From Candidatus Tayloriibacteriota bacterium (GTDB lineage: Bacteria > Patescibacteriota > Minisyncoccia > Phycocordibacterales > PALSA-1337): a stretch of 64,000 bases of DNA. Location of the stretch: assembly GCA_052034805.1 (NCBI GenBank), contig JBPOID010000005.1, positions 119,985-183,984 of the forward strand, given 5' to 3'. Both the position numbers and the translations under genes were made by a program. Position 1 is the stretch's first letter; the number at the start of each line of letters is the position of its first letter. The notes under the pieces were generated by a model. It made no database searches and was not told where the DNA came from. It was given only the letters and a program-made list of their open reading frames with translations. Below are positions 40,108-50,416 of this stretch, piece by piece.

Positions 40108-40587
40108 CTATCTCGGTTGTATACAATATGCATAAGTTGTAGAACAATCTATACCCGGACTAGGCAAAAGACTAGTAAAATTCGTTTTTGGTGAATCTAC
40201 CAAGGCACTATTATTATTTTCTAGAACTGCTTTCAATACGAAATCTGTAGGTGTAGTAGCATTATTCACACCATAAGAATATGAACTTCCAGGAGTAGGT
40301 GCTGTAGGAATCTTGGAAATAAAATTCGCAAGTGTAATACCGGAACCAGAAGGACAACCAGAAGCATCAGCAAGCTTTGGCATACCATTTAATTCTCTAG
40401 GATACTGATTACATCTATCAAAATATAATTCCAATGCAAGATTCAAATGAGCTAAATCAGATATTCTCTCTGCATCTCTAGCTTTTGATTTTGATGTTGC
40501 AAAGTTCGCAGTAACTATAGCTGTGAGTATAGCAATAATAGCTATGGATACTAGTAATTCTATTAGAGTAAAACCTTTTTTGTTCAT
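40108..40587 (-). CDS. type IV pilin / pseudopilin (GspG-like)
   Basis: It has the prepilin leader KGFTLIELLVSIAIIAILTAI and an ARDAERISDL...ALELY helix. Confidence 0.6.
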   Translation of the reverse strand: MNKKGFTLIELLVSIAIIAILTAIVTANFATSKSKARDAERISDLAHLNLALELYFDRCNQYPRELNGMPKLADASGCPSGSGITLANFISKIPTAPTPGSSYSYGVNNATTPTDFVLKAVLENNNSALVDSPKTNFTSLLPSPGIDCSTTYAYCIQPR

Positions 40588-40594
40588 ATATAAA

Positions 40595-41095
40595 TTAATT
40601 ACAATCAGTATCAGTACCGTCGGTTAATGCATCAGCAACAGTAGCGTATGCAGTGCCGGATATATTTGTATTTCTAGAAACACCATTACTATCTATGCAC
40701 CAGAATGTATTTGCTACTTTTAATGGAGCTACAATAGCATAGGCATTAGAAGTTACATTACAGTATAAAGCTTGATCGTTATTTAGAGTTTTTATTTGAA
40801 TTAAAGCATTTTGAATATTGGTATTTCGGAAAATAGTACCCGGAGTAGATAATGTAGAACAATCTTCACCAGATATATCTGTACCTGTATTATTATAACT
40901 ACTACCTATATTCTCATATTCTATAGAAGCAGATGATCTAACAGAACTCAAATCACCTTTCACAGATGTATCAGAAGCTTTTGTCTTTGCATTATTAAGA
41001 TTTGATAATACAACAGATGATAATATACCTATAATAGCTATTACTATTAGAAGTTCTATAAGAGTAAATCCTTTTTTCATATTTTTAGATTTCAT
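40595..41095 (-). CDS. type IV pilin
   Basis: It has the prepilin leader KKGFTLIELLIVIAIIGILSSV and a C-terminal disulfide pair (C...YCN...WCIDSNG...C). Confidence 0.6.
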   Translation of the reverse strand: MKSKNMKKGFTLIELLIVIAIIGILSSVVLSNLNNAKTKASDTSVKGDLSSVRSSASIEYENIGSSYNNTGTDISGEDCSTLSTPGTIFRNTNIQNALIQIKTLNNDQALYCNVTSNAYAIVAPLKVANTFWCIDSNGVSRNTNISGTAYATVADALTDGTDTDCN

Positions 41096-41164
41096 ATTTA
41101 TATTTATTGATTAATTTTAACATAAAATCTTAATAAAGAGTTATCAACAGATTTTATAATAAAT

Positions 41165-41195
41165 AATAAAACCACCTGTATTAGGTGGTTTTATT
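41165..41195 (-). terminator. terminator hairpin immediately downstream of the major pilin gene
   Basis: The hairpin aaaaccacctgtattaggtggtttt is flanked by A and T runs. Confidence 0.5.
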
Positions 41196-41218
41196 ATCCT
41201 TAAGATAATAAGAAAGAA

Positions 41219-41689
41219 TTATAGACAAGCGGTAGCGGAAGCAAGAACTGCTGCAGCTTCACCCTTTGAAGCACCTGAATTATCTATACACCAGTAGTTA
41301 GCTGTACCTTCTGCTGATTTTAGAGGAGAAGATATCAACCATGCATCGTTTGCAGCTGTAACGTGACAACTAACCTTTGTTGTTGCACCAGCGTTTGTAA
41401 GTACAGAATCAATTGATGTAGCTCCAGAAGCATTCTGAGCTGATGTCATAGCGGCTAATACATTTGCATTTGCACAAAGTCCTGAATAACTATTTGGACT
41501 GTTGCTATCATACAACATCTCTGCTTGTGCTCTTATACCAGCCAAGTTTTCCTTTATATTTGCATTTGCACCCTTTCCTCTCGCTGTGTTCAATGAAGCA
41601 AGAACAACTGATGACAATATACCGATGATTGCGATAACAACTAGAAGCTCAATCAATGTGAAACCTCTTTGTAAATATGTTTTTTTCAT
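41219..41689 (-). CDS. pilA: type IV major pilin candidate (PilA-like)
   Basis: It has the prepilin leader RGFTLIELLVVIAIIGILSSV, its own promoter region and terminator, and a C-terminal disulfide-bonded domain. Confidence 0.6.
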   Translation of the reverse strand: MKKTYLQRGFTLIELLVVIAIIGILSSVVLASLNTARGKGANANIKENLAGIRAQAEMLYDSNSPNSYSGLCANANVLAAMTSAQNASGATSIDSVLTNAGATTKVSCHVTAANDAWLISSPLKSAEGTANYWCIDNSGASKGEAAAVLASATACL

Positions 41690-41822
41690 ACTATATAAAC
41701 TTAAATTAAATTACTATTAAATTAACCTTTTAATTACTACTTTATGAGGATAATTATATCAGATTGCCTCATAAAGACCACAAATATCAATGTGGATAAC
41801 TATATTTTATAAGTAAATTATA

Positions 41823-43031
41823 TTATTGTGAAGATGCTACGTTATATATAGGTATTAGAACTGAGGCTAGAAGTATGGCTACTCCTGCTCCTAGAGAAAC
41901 TATCATAAGAGGTTCTATGAGATCTACTAGTGCATCTACGGCTGTTTTCACCTCTCTTGCATAGAAATTAGCTAATGTTTTCAATATACTACCTAATTCC
42001 CCTGTTTCTTCACCAACTCTCATCATTTGAATCATAATTCCAGGAATTTCACCATTACCAGACAATGCTTCTGACATAGGTTTTCCACCTTTAACATCAT
42101 CTAGGGCTTTGTTTATTATATTTTTATATATTGAATTATCTATAACAGATGAGGTGAGCTCCAATGCTCTAACCATAGGAATACCTGATACAAGCATTGT
42201 ATTCATATTATCTGATAGACGGGCCAAATATAATTTTCTAAACAAAGTACTTATATAAGGAATACTTATTTTCAATCTATCATAAGCAAATTTACCAGTG
42301 GGTGTTCTTATATATCTAACGAGGAAAAATCCACCTATAATAGCCACGGCTAGAAGTATAAAACCATAACTAACAAAGAAATTACTTATACCCAAAACTA
42401 TTCTTGTATATATAGGTACTTCCTGACCAGAATCTACTATAATTGCACTTATTTTAGGTATAACCATAGTGAACATAAGTATCATAACGGTTACGAAAGT
42501 TATTATAACGAAAGCTGGGTATATGAGGGCGCCTTTGGCCTTTGTAACTAATTCATATGTTCTATCTAGATAATCAGCAAGATAATTAAAAGTTTCGTCT
42601 AATTTTCCACTTTCCTCTCCTGCCTTTACCATATTTACATAAAAATCAGAGAAAACTTTTGGATGTTTCGCTAATGATGCAGAAATAGAACTACCAGCTT
42701 GTAGATCATCTGCCACCATTGCTAATTTCTTACCTAAGGCTTTATTATCTGCTTCTGTAGACAATAGACGGAAAATACGTAAAGCAGAAACTTGAGCTTG
42801 GAAAAGTGTAGCTAATTGTCTAGAAAGTATAACAACGTCTTTATTTGATATACGATCCAAGAAAGATAGATTCATATTGAGGAAAGAACCACCTTCTCCG
42901 GCTTCTTTTATAGATGTTATGATAAAGCCTCTTCTTTGTAGAGAAGATATGGCGATATCAACATTGATAGCATCTATTGAGCCATCTTTCTTTGCACCTG
43001 TTTGATCTACAGCTTGATAATTAAAAAGCAT
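41823..43031 (-). CDS. pilC: type IV pilus platform protein PilC (GspF family)
   Basis: It has two GspF-type repeats with three TM helices. Confidence 0.85.
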   Translation of the reverse strand: MLFNYQAVDQTGAKKDGSIDAINVDIAISSLQRRGFIITSIKEAGEGGSFLNMNLSFLDRISNKDVVILSRQLATLFQAQVSALRIFRLLSTEADNKALGKKLAMVADDLQAGSSISASLAKHPKVFSDFYVNMVKAGEESGKLDETFNYLADYLDRTYELVTKAKGALIYPAFVIITFVTVMILMFTMVIPKISAIIVDSGQEVPIYTRIVLGISNFFVSYGFILLAVAIIGGFFLVRYIRTPTGKFAYDRLKISIPYISTLFRKLYLARLSDNMNTMLVSGIPMVRALELTSSVIDNSIYKNIINKALDDVKGGKPMSEALSGNGEIPGIMIQMMRVGEETGELGSILKTLANFYAREVKTAVDALVDLIEPLMIVSLGAGVAILLASVLIPIYNVASSQ

Positions 43032-43034
43032 ATT

Positions 43035-44093
43035 TTATATCATTTTTTCCAAAACTTTTGGATTTAAGGAATTTGTATAAGCAGTTTCTACTGTTATTTC
43101 CCCACTTCTCACCAGATCCGCCAAAGATCTATTCATATCCACCATACCGCTACTGGAACTTGTTTCTATAACTGTATTTATTTCATGAACTCTTTTCTCT
43201 CTTATTAGATTGGATACTGCACTATTGTTTATCAATAATTCATAAGCTGGTATAAGTCCACCAGATACACGGGGTAATAAACGTTGAGAAAATATTCCAG
43301 TCAAACTTCCTGCTAACTGCACGCGTATTTGATCTTGTTGCGCAGAAGGAAATGAATCTATTATACGATCTATGGTTTGAGCGGCATTGTTGGTATGAAG
43401 TGTAGAAAATACCAAATGTCCTGTCTCAGCCGCAGTAACTGCTGTTGATATAGTGTCTATATCTCGCATTTCTCCTAAAAGACAGACATTTATATCTTCA
43501 CGGAACATAGAGACCAATGCACTGTGGAAATTAGGTGTATCCATACCTATTTCTCTTTGATCTATAATAGATTTCTTTGATTCATAAACATATTCTATAG
43601 GATCTTCTATTGTAACTATATGTTCTGATCTTGTTTGATTTATTATTTCTATAAGAGATGCTAAGGTTGTTGTCTTTCCCTGACCTATAGGACCCACACA
43701 GAGGAAGAAACCTTGATGTTTCCTAGTGAAAGATTCTAGTATTGGAGGAAGATTGAGTTCAGCTAAAGTCTTTATATTCTTTGGTATAAGACGCAATGCT
43801 ATCGATATACCATTTTGTCTATAATATGCATTTCCACGGAAACGTATATCCTTTGCACTATATGAAAAATCAACTTCTTTATCTTTTTCAAAATCTTCTT
43901 TATTTTTATCGGAAAGAAATTGATTGAGAAATCCTTTCATATCATTCTCTGTAGTCAAACTTTTCTTTACTATTGGTATAAGATTACCAGAAACTCTTAT
44001 TATAGGGTTTCTACCTACAGCCAGATGTAGATCCGAGGCACTCTCATCAACCACAGTATCTATTAAATCTTCTATTTCTTTTTTATATTCCAT
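43035..44093 (-). CDS. pilT: twitching motility retraction ATPase PilT
   Basis: It is 352 aa with a Walker A GPIGQGKTTT and Asp/His boxes, and has no N-terminal extension. Confidence 0.8.
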   Translation of the reverse strand: MEYKKEIEDLIDTVVDESASDLHLAVGRNPIIRVSGNLIPIVKKSLTTENDMKGFLNQFLSDKNKEDFEKDKEVDFSYSAKDIRFRGNAYYRQNGISIALRLIPKNIKTLAELNLPPILESFTRKHQGFFLCVGPIGQGKTTTLASLIEIINQTRSEHIVTIEDPIEYVYESKKSIIDQREIGMDTPNFHSALVSMFREDINVCLLGEMRDIDTISTAVTAAETGHLVFSTLHTNNAAQTIDRIIDSFPSAQQDQIRVQLAGSLTGIFSQRLLPRVSGGLIPAYELLINNSAVSNLIREKRVHEINTVIETSSSSGMVDMNRSLADLVRSGEITVETAYTNSLNPKVLEKMI

Positions 44094-44095
44094 AA

Positions 44096-44485
44096 TTATT
44101 TTTTCATTGCACCTTTAGAATTGGTATAAATTCTATTTACTTCTGATAATACTTCTGATGGTATAGTTGTAGCCTTTATGATATATCCATCTACATTTAG
44201 CTTTTTTGCACGAGCTATATCATCAGAAAGGCCTTGATTTGTAAGCATTATAACTACAGCATTTTTTGCTAAATTTTCTTTTCTAATTACCGTTATGAAA
44301 TCAACACCATCCATACCAGGCATAACAACATCCACAAGCAATATATCTGGTTCGAATCCTTCGCGTATTATCTTCAATGCATCTTCTGGACCCTGTGCCA
44401 CGCGCACATTGTAACCACTCTTTGAAAATTTCAAAGAATACATATCAAGAAGAAACTTATCATCATCAACGAATAGTATATTCAT
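44096..44485 (-). CDS. single-domain response regulator (CheY/PilH-like receiver)
   Basis: It has the receiver domain with DDD...D (VDVVMPGMDG) and a conserved K. Confidence 0.7.
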   Translation of the reverse strand: MNILFVDDDKFLLDMYSLKFSKSGYNVRVAQGPEDALKIIREGFEPDILLVDVVMPGMDGVDFITVIRKENLAKNAVVIMLTNQGLSDDIARAKKLNVDGYIIKATTIPSEVLSEVNRIYTNSKGAMKK

Positions 44486-44497
44486 GAGTTTATTATA

Positions 44498-46213
44498 CTA
44501 GAGCTTATTTACTTCTTCAAATGGGATAACTTTATTGAAAGCCTTTATCAAAGCATCTTCTTTCATAGTTAACATTCCCTTTTGGCGTAGGACCTTGCTT
44601 ACACCAAGTTCAGTAGGATTATTCAAAATAATATTTTCTATTTCTTTATCCATTCTAAATGCTTCGAATACTGCCAATCTACCTCTTATTCCCTTTGGAC
44701 ATTCTGGTGTAGGTGATATCTGATATACAGTATCAGAGAAAGGAATATCTTTTTTGAATTGAGTAGGAAGATCAGAGAATTGTTTCTCTATCATCATCTT
44801 TATACTACCTTCTACAGGCATTATCTTGCCACCACCAGGACATAGAACACCTACAAGTCTCTGAGCAATAGCCATAATAAGAGTAGGAGCAATAAGATAA
44901 GGATCAACACCCATATCTATAAGACGAGGTATAACTCCAGCGGCATTGTTGGTGTGAAGTGTAGAGAACACTAAGTGACCAGTAAGAGCCGCCTGCACCG
45001 CAAGCTGAGCTGTTTCTTTATCTCGAATCTCACCCACCATGATAACATCTGGGTCCTGACGAAGTGTTGTACGTAGTCCAGTGGCAAATGTATAGCCTAT
45101 TTCCGGATGAACCTGACTTTGATTCACACCTTCCATGTTATATTCGATAGGATCTTCTAGCGACAATACATTCATACCCTCTCTATCAACTTCATTTAAC
45201 ATAGAATAAAGAGTTGTGGACTTTCCAGATCCTGTAGGACCAGTTATGAGTATTAGTCCATAAGGTCTTTGTATGGCTTCTTTTATCATTTCTAGATTTT
45301 TCTGCGTCATACCAAGATCATCAAGCTTTCTCACACCCTTTTCCTGATCGAGAATTCTCATAACCACCTTTTCTCCATAATATGTAGGAAAAGTAGATAC
45401 ACGGAAATCTATTTTCCTACCTTCAATACGCGCGGAGAATCTACCGTCTTGTGGTTTTCTCCTTTCATCCAATTTCATATTTGAAAGAACCTTTATACGA
45501 GCCACCACAGCATTGTGAACTTGCGATGGTAGAACAAGACTAGTATTCAACACTCCATCAACACGGAATCTAACTCTAACTTTATCCACCATATGTTCTA
45601 TATGCACATCAGAAGCATTACCTTCTGTAGCATAACGAACAATAGTAGCAACAATCTTTACTACTGGAGCATCCTCCATGATAAAGGTTTCCTTTTTATC
45701 ACTGGCTTTTGTTTTATTCTGATCTATAACTGCTTCTTTATCTACAGAAAGAACAGTTTCTAGTTCAGAAAGAGCTTTAGAAACTTCACCGGATAAGCCT
45801 TTATATGAATCTATAACTTTATTATAGTCATCAATACTTATAAGAAATACTTTATAAGGAATATTGCTCTTTGAAGCAATAAAGTTCAAAGCATCTCTAG
45901 CTTCTATATTATCTGGATCTACAATACCCACCTCGAGCATTCCATCCTTTATGGCTAATGGTACGAATTTGTAATAAACAGCTGATTCTTCTGGTATATA
46001 ATCCAGAGCTTCGAATTGAACAGGGTTTTCACCGAGATTTCTTATGGGTATATTTAGAAATTCACTTCTTACTGACAATATATCCTCAACTTTTACACCA
46101 CTTTCAATAAGAACCTTATCCATGGATTCTCCATTATCCATTCTTTGACGGATTTTCTTTATATCTTCTTTGGATATGAGATTTTTCTTTAGAAGTAAGT
46201 CTAATATATTCAT
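44498..46213 (-). CDS. pilB: type IV pilus assembly ATPase PilB (GspE family) with N-terminal T2SSE_N/MshEN domain
   Basis: It has a Walker A GPTGSGKSTT, the tetracysteine-region equivalent, and a GspE core. Confidence 0.85.
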   Translation of the reverse strand: MNILDLLLKKNLISKEDIKKIRQRMDNGESMDKVLIESGVKVEDILSVRSEFLNIPIRNLGENPVQFEALDYIPEESAVYYKFVPLAIKDGMLEVGIVDPDNIEARDALNFIASKSNIPYKVFLISIDDYNKVIDSYKGLSGEVSKALSELETVLSVDKEAVIDQNKTKASDKKETFIMEDAPVVKIVATIVRYATEGNASDVHIEHMVDKVRVRFRVDGVLNTSLVLPSQVHNAVVARIKVLSNMKLDERRKPQDGRFSARIEGRKIDFRVSTFPTYYGEKVVMRILDQEKGVRKLDDLGMTQKNLEMIKEAIQRPYGLILITGPTGSGKSTTLYSMLNEVDREGMNVLSLEDPIEYNMEGVNQSQVHPEIGYTFATGLRTTLRQDPDVIMVGEIRDKETAQLAVQAALTGHLVFSTLHTNNAAGVIPRLIDMGVDPYLIAPTLIMAIAQRLVGVLCPGGGKIMPVEGSIKMMIEKQFSDLPTQFKKDIPFSDTVYQISPTPECPKGIRGRLAVFEAFRMDKEIENIILNNPTELGVSKVLRQKGMLTMKEDALIKAFNKVIPFEEVNKL

Positions 46214-46236
46214 AATCTAATTATCAATCTTAAAAA

Positions 46237-46572
46237 CTATTTCTTTGCCGGAGTAGTAGGAGTAAGTCCGAAAGTAGCGAGGAATGGATTAGGTTTACCG
46301 ACATTCTGTTCTGGAACTATAACAGTATGATCAGAAAGTGATTTGTATACATTACTTGTAAAGAAATTTGGATCTATCTTTATTGCATTAACTTTATTCA
46401 ATAAACTTAGAACTTCCATACTATCACCAGGCGGTGCAGAAACTGATGAAGTTTCTATAGAAGATGCTGTATCTACAGGATTTCCTTTCATATAGAAATA
46501 AGCAAGCAAAGAAACAACTATAATTACTACTATTGCTATTATTGATTTTTTTGATGATTTATTCTGTTGCAT
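46237..46572 (-). CDS. hypothetical small secreted protein in pilus operon (possible PilP-like)
   Basis: It is 111 aa with an N-terminal TM or signal sequence. It lies between pilO-like and pilB. Confidence 0.3.
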   Translation of the reverse strand: MQQNKSSKKSIIAIVVIIVVSLLAYFYMKGNPVDTASSIETSSVSAPPGDSMEVLSLLNKVNAIKIDPNFFTSNVYKSLSDHTVIVPEQNVGKPNPFLATFGLTPTTPAKK

Positions 46573-46578
46573 ATATCT

Positions 46579-47166
46579 TTATTTTAACCAATAAGTTTTA
46601 ATCTCAACACCGAATTCATATACATTAGGAGTATCGGATTTTGAAATTGTTATTTTTGATATATCTATTAAACGTAAACTTGATTCTAGATCTTTCAGAA
46701 AATCTATAAAGGTCTGATAGGAAGAAAGTACACTAAATGACATAGTAACGGTACCATATTTCTCAGTCGGTTGTTGTATTTGCTCTGGAGTATTTATCTG
46801 GGTTTCTTGATTTGTTCTTGCATCTTTCTTTTGACTATCAGGAGAATCAGTCTTTATATTTTTCAAAACCAAACCATGATTTCTAGCTATATCATCTTTT
46901 ACATCTATAATAAGACGAACATTATCAACATTATCTGGTAATAATTTATTTAGTTTATATCCTATATCTACTGGTTTTATAGCATTAAAATCTTTTAACA
47001 GACGATCTCTTATCTTTATGAGATTATTCGCATTAGTCATCGCTTTAGTATATTGATCATTAACAGCTTGAATTGCTTTCAATTCATCTATTTTTGCTTG
47101 AGTAAAGGTAAAATATATACCTATTCCAAGAACTATTAGTATTAAAGCTGTTACATTTCTATTCAT
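46579..47166 (-). CDS. pilO: PilO-like pilus assembly protein
   Basis: It has an N-terminal TM helix, a coiled coil, and an operon position after the PilN-like gene. Confidence 0.5.
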   Translation of the reverse strand: MNRNVTALILIVLGIGIYFTFTQAKIDELKAIQAVNDQYTKAMTNANNLIKIRDRLLKDFNAIKPVDIGYKLNKLLPDNVDNVRLIIDVKDDIARNHGLVLKNIKTDSPDSQKKDARTNQETQINTPEQIQQPTEKYGTVTMSFSVLSSYQTFIDFLKDLESSLRLIDISKITISKSDTPNVYEFGVEIKTYWLK

Positions 47167-47167
47167 A

Positions 47168-47866
47168 TTATTTATTATTTGAAGTACTTGTAGCTGTACT
47201 ATTATCGTCCTCTATAAGCAATCCTTCTTTTCTCAATGTATCATCAAGTATCTTTGAATAAGATATATCAGATTCAGAGATATTAGCAGAAAAATCAAAA
47301 CTCACATTTCCCTGTTCATCTACAGATAGATTGGAAAGTACAGGATCCTTTATTATTTTATTTGTACCATATCTATCAGATCTACCGAAAACATCAGATT
47401 GCCAAGCCACACTACTATAACTATTAGCTAGACCTTTCATATTTATTTTATATGACTTTGAACCAGTATTATTAGGATCAGATTGTGAACTTAATTCCAT
47501 ACCCTTGAAATATACTCCTTCTATTGTAAGGCCTGAAATTATACTGAAAACTTCAGAAACAGCAGAATGACTATTTAATAAATCTTTAGCTACGGATATC
47601 TTTACACTAGCCTTCTCTAGATCAGCTATTGTCTTTTTATCGAATTGACTTTCTTTTTTCTTTAAATCTAATTTTAATTGTTCTTGAGTCGAAATAAGAT
47701 AATCTTTACCGACAAAGGTAAGCACCGCACCAGCTACTGATGCGATAAAGACTATAATTCCTATTATCATAAAAACACTAGCACCAGCACCATGAACTCT
47801 TACGCTCTGTTGTTCTGGTAAAAAAGGTTTTTTAGGAATAAAAGATGTTTGGAATTTTGTTTCCAT
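47168..47866 (-). CDS. pilN: PilN-like pilus assembly protein
   Basis: It has a short cytoplasmic N-terminus, a single TM helix and a coiled coil. It follows pilM. Confidence 0.5.
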   Translation of the reverse strand: METKFQTSFIPKKPFLPEQQSVRVHGAGASVFMIIGIIVFIASVAGAVLTFVGKDYLISTQEQLKLDLKKKESQFDKKTIADLEKASVKISVAKDLLNSHSAVSEVFSIISGLTIEGVYFKGMELSSQSDPNNTGSKSYKINMKGLANSYSSVAWQSDVFGRSDRYGTNKIIKDPVLSNLSVDEQGNVSFDFSANISESDISYSKILDDTLRKEGLLIEDDNSTATSTSNNK

Positions 47867-47943
47867 TTATAAGATAATTATACAGGATAAAAAAACAAAA
47901 AACTAATACAATATGTGTATAAAAGCCTATACTTAATATTATT

Positions 47944-49059
47944 TTAACTTAATTCCGACAATCTTCTTAGGGCTACACCTATAGCTACAGAGAATTCTGG
48001 TCCATATGATTTTAATTTATCATTCAAAAGTGCAGGAGTTTCTAATTTGCCAAAAGGATCAGCAAATACTATTTCATTTCTAAAGCTTATTTTCGCCATA
48101 TCAGTAAAACCCTTGAGTAATACGCCACCACCAGTTAATACAACCTTAGATATATTCTTTGAATATTTCTTTTGATAATTAAGAAGTACTGTATTTGCTT
48201 CATAAAATATATAATCTAGATTTATAGTTATAATTTCTGTTAATTCTTTATATTCTGGGCCACCAGATAGTCCATATACTCTTTTTAGATTTTCTGCTTC
48301 ATTTACACTAATACTCAATGATTTTGATAATGCTAATGTTATGTCTTGAGAACCTCTATTTATAATATGAGATGCTCTGAGTATTCCTCTTTCTACAATA
48401 TATAGTTTTGTAACTCTAGCCCCCATATCTATTATCATATTTGCTTGTATACCCTGTTCGACAACAGAACGTATTGAACTGAATATTTCTATTTCATAGA
48501 AAGAAGGTTTTACATTTACTCTGGAAGTTATGGATTGATAATTATTTATATATTCATTATGAATAGCCACTATCAATACATCCTGACCACGTTCTTGTTG
48601 TACTGTATTTGTAGGATTATCGCTTATAGGTGGTAGAGAATCATCTCTAGGTATAGGTGACCAATCAAGCATAACTTCATTTATGGGTACTGGTATATAT
48701 TTCCTAGCTTCCATAGAGACAACATCTGCCATTTGTTTCTCTTGTAATGGTGGCAAAGTAACAAAAGATATAAGACTAGAAGACAATGGTAAAGCTACAC
48801 CAGCATATAGTGTATTTGTTTTCGCCTCACGCAATATATCCCCCAGAGCCTCTGCTATTTTATCTGGATTAAGATTTGTCGATCTACCTATCTCTATTCC
48901 AGCATAAGGACCCAGAGCAAGCTCTCCATATGTTTCTAGAACTGCCCTACCCCTTTTTTTCTTTATTTGTACTATTTTTATAGCAGAAGAACCGATATCA
49001 ATACCGAGTACGCTTTTGTCTTTCTTTGAAAAGAATGAAAATAGTCCACCCAGATTCAT
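47944..49059 (-). CDS. pilM: type IV pilus assembly protein PilM (actin-like ATPase fold)
   Basis: The sequence LGIDIGSSAIKIVQIKKK is typical of the PilM/FtsA N-terminus. The start was moved to MNLGGLFSFF, because the annotated 76-aa upstream extension is an Phe/Tyr-rich low-complexity run translated from the AT-rich promoter region. Confidence 0.75.
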   Translation of the reverse strand: MNLGGLFSFFSKKDKSVLGIDIGSSAIKIVQIKKKRGRAVLETYGELALGPYAGIEIGRSTNLNPDKIAEALGDILREAKTNTLYAGVALPLSSSLISFVTLPPLQEKQMADVVSMEARKYIPVPINEVMLDWSPIPRDDSLPPISDNPTNTVQQERGQDVLIVAIHNEYINNYQSITSRVNVKPSFYEIEIFSSIRSVVEQGIQANMIIDMGARVTKLYIVERGILRASHIINRGSQDITLALSKSLSISVNEAENLKRVYGLSGGPEYKELTEIITINLDYIFYEANTVLLNYQKKYSKNISKVVLTGGGVLLKGFTDMAKISFRNEIVFADPFGKLETPALLNDKLKSYGPEFSVAIGVALRRLSELS

Positions 49060-49089
49060 AAAGCTATTATAGCATGTTAGAATAAATAA

Positions 49090-49761
49090 ATGCGAATATT
49101 TATAAAAAAAATATTCAATCTTATAATTGATTTGATATTTCCACCGAATAAAGAAGAATTGGAAATACGTAAGCTTTCTCCACAATCTTTCAAAGAAAAA
49201 GTAAAAAGGGCCAAAAAGCCCGAATTTTATTTTATAAATGCTGTAATAGCATACAAAGATAGATTGGCAAAAGAGCTTATATGGCAAATAAAGTATAAGA
49301 AAAACAAATATGCTATAGAAATAGCTGGTTTTATTCTATATCAATGGATAAATGAAAATATAAAGGATGATTGTATTCTAATACCCATACCAATATCCAA
49401 AAGACGTAGAAAAGAACGCGGATATAATCAATGCGAATTGATTATAGATGAAATTATTAGATTAAATGAAAAAGATGAAATTAAGAAAATAAAATTAGAA
49501 AAAAATTATAATCTCCTAATAAGAGAAAAGAATCTATCTAAACAAACATTCAAAAATAAAAAAGAAAGATTGAAAGCAAATGATATATTCAAAATAAATA
49601 AAGAATCTTCGAATAATGATTTTTTGAAGGATAATTTCTTGAATAAAAAGATAATAATTATAGATGATGTAACTACCACTGGTAATACATTGAAGGAAGC
49701 TTATTCTGTTATGCTGAAGACTCAGTATAGAAATATCATTGTAATAGCTTTAGCGCATTAG
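49090..49761 (+). CDS. comF: ComF family protein (phosphoribosyltransferase domain)
   Basis: It has the C-terminal PRTase motif KKIIIIDDVTTTGNTL. It is divergent from the pilM operon. Confidence 0.6.
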   Translation: MRIFIKKIFNLIIDLIFPPNKEELEIRKLSPQSFKEKVKRAKKPEFYFINAVIAYKDRLAKELIWQIKYKKNKYAIEIAGFILYQWINENIKDDCILIPIPISKRRRKERGYNQCELIIDEIIRLNEKDEIKKIKLEKNYNLLIREKNLSKQTFKNKKERLKANDIFKINKESSNNDFLKDNFLNKKIIIIDDVTTTGNTLKEAYSVMLKTQYRNIIVIALAH

Positions 49762-49818
49762 TAGGATCAATAGTGTGATCAAGATATCCTTTCTAATACA
49801 AAATGCTAGAATATATAA

Positions 49819-50343
49819 ATGACTAAATACGTTGCCCTACTACGCGGTATCAATGTCGGCGGAAATAATAAAGTAGAAATGCCAAAGCTCAAAAAAGTAT
49901 TTGAGTCTCTTGGTTTCGAAAATGTTTCCACTTATATAAATACTGGTAATGTTATCTTTGAGACAGATAAAAAAGATTTAGAACCTTTGATCGAGAAAGC
50001 ATTAAAGAAAGCATTCAGATTTGAACTTCGCATAGTTATTCGTGATGCAGAAAACATCAAGAAACTTTGTAAAGAAATTCCTAAAAGTTGGCAAAATAAT
50101 ACAGAACAAAGAACAGATATATTATTCTTATGGAATGAATTTGATAAAGATAAAAGTGTCGATCTAATAAAGACAACAGAAGTAGATACATTGAAATATA
50201 TAGACGGAGCAATAGTATGGAATGTAAACAGAAAAGATATTGCAAAGAGCGGAATGAAAAGATTTATAGGAAGTATTATCTATAAAAATATGACAGCTCG
50301 TAATGTAAATACTGTGAGGAAAATTGGTGAGTTGATGGGATAG
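49819..50343 (+). CDS. DUF1697 family protein
   Basis: The N-terminus KYVALLRGINVGGNNKV...NVSTYINTGNVIF is characteristic of DUF1697. Confidence 0.7.
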   Translation: MTKYVALLRGINVGGNNKVEMPKLKKVFESLGFENVSTYINTGNVIFETDKKDLEPLIEKALKKAFRFELRIVIRDAENIKKLCKEIPKSWQNNTEQRTDILFLWNEFDKDKSVDLIKTTEVDTLKYIDGAIVWNVNRKDIAKSGMKRFIGSIIYKNMTARNVNTVRKIGELMG

Positions 50344-50378
50344 TAGGATATTAATAAGAAGTATTTATATGAATGATA

Positions 50379-50416
50379 CTAAGCTCGGACGGCATTCAGC
50401 CGTCCTTGCTTATCAT
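50379..50416. repeat. hairpin repeat immediately 3-prime of the tRNA at 50417-50508
   Basis: The sequence ctaagctcggacggcattcagccgtccttgcttatcatt is the same unit as at 16847-16886. Confidence 0.6.

Noticed and set aside
47944-49287. The annotated 447-aa PilM with a 76-aa N-terminal extension.
   Set aside because: The extension is a Phe/Tyr-rich translation of the AT-rich divergent promoter region. The PilM homology (LGIDIGSSAIK) starts just after the Met at 49059.
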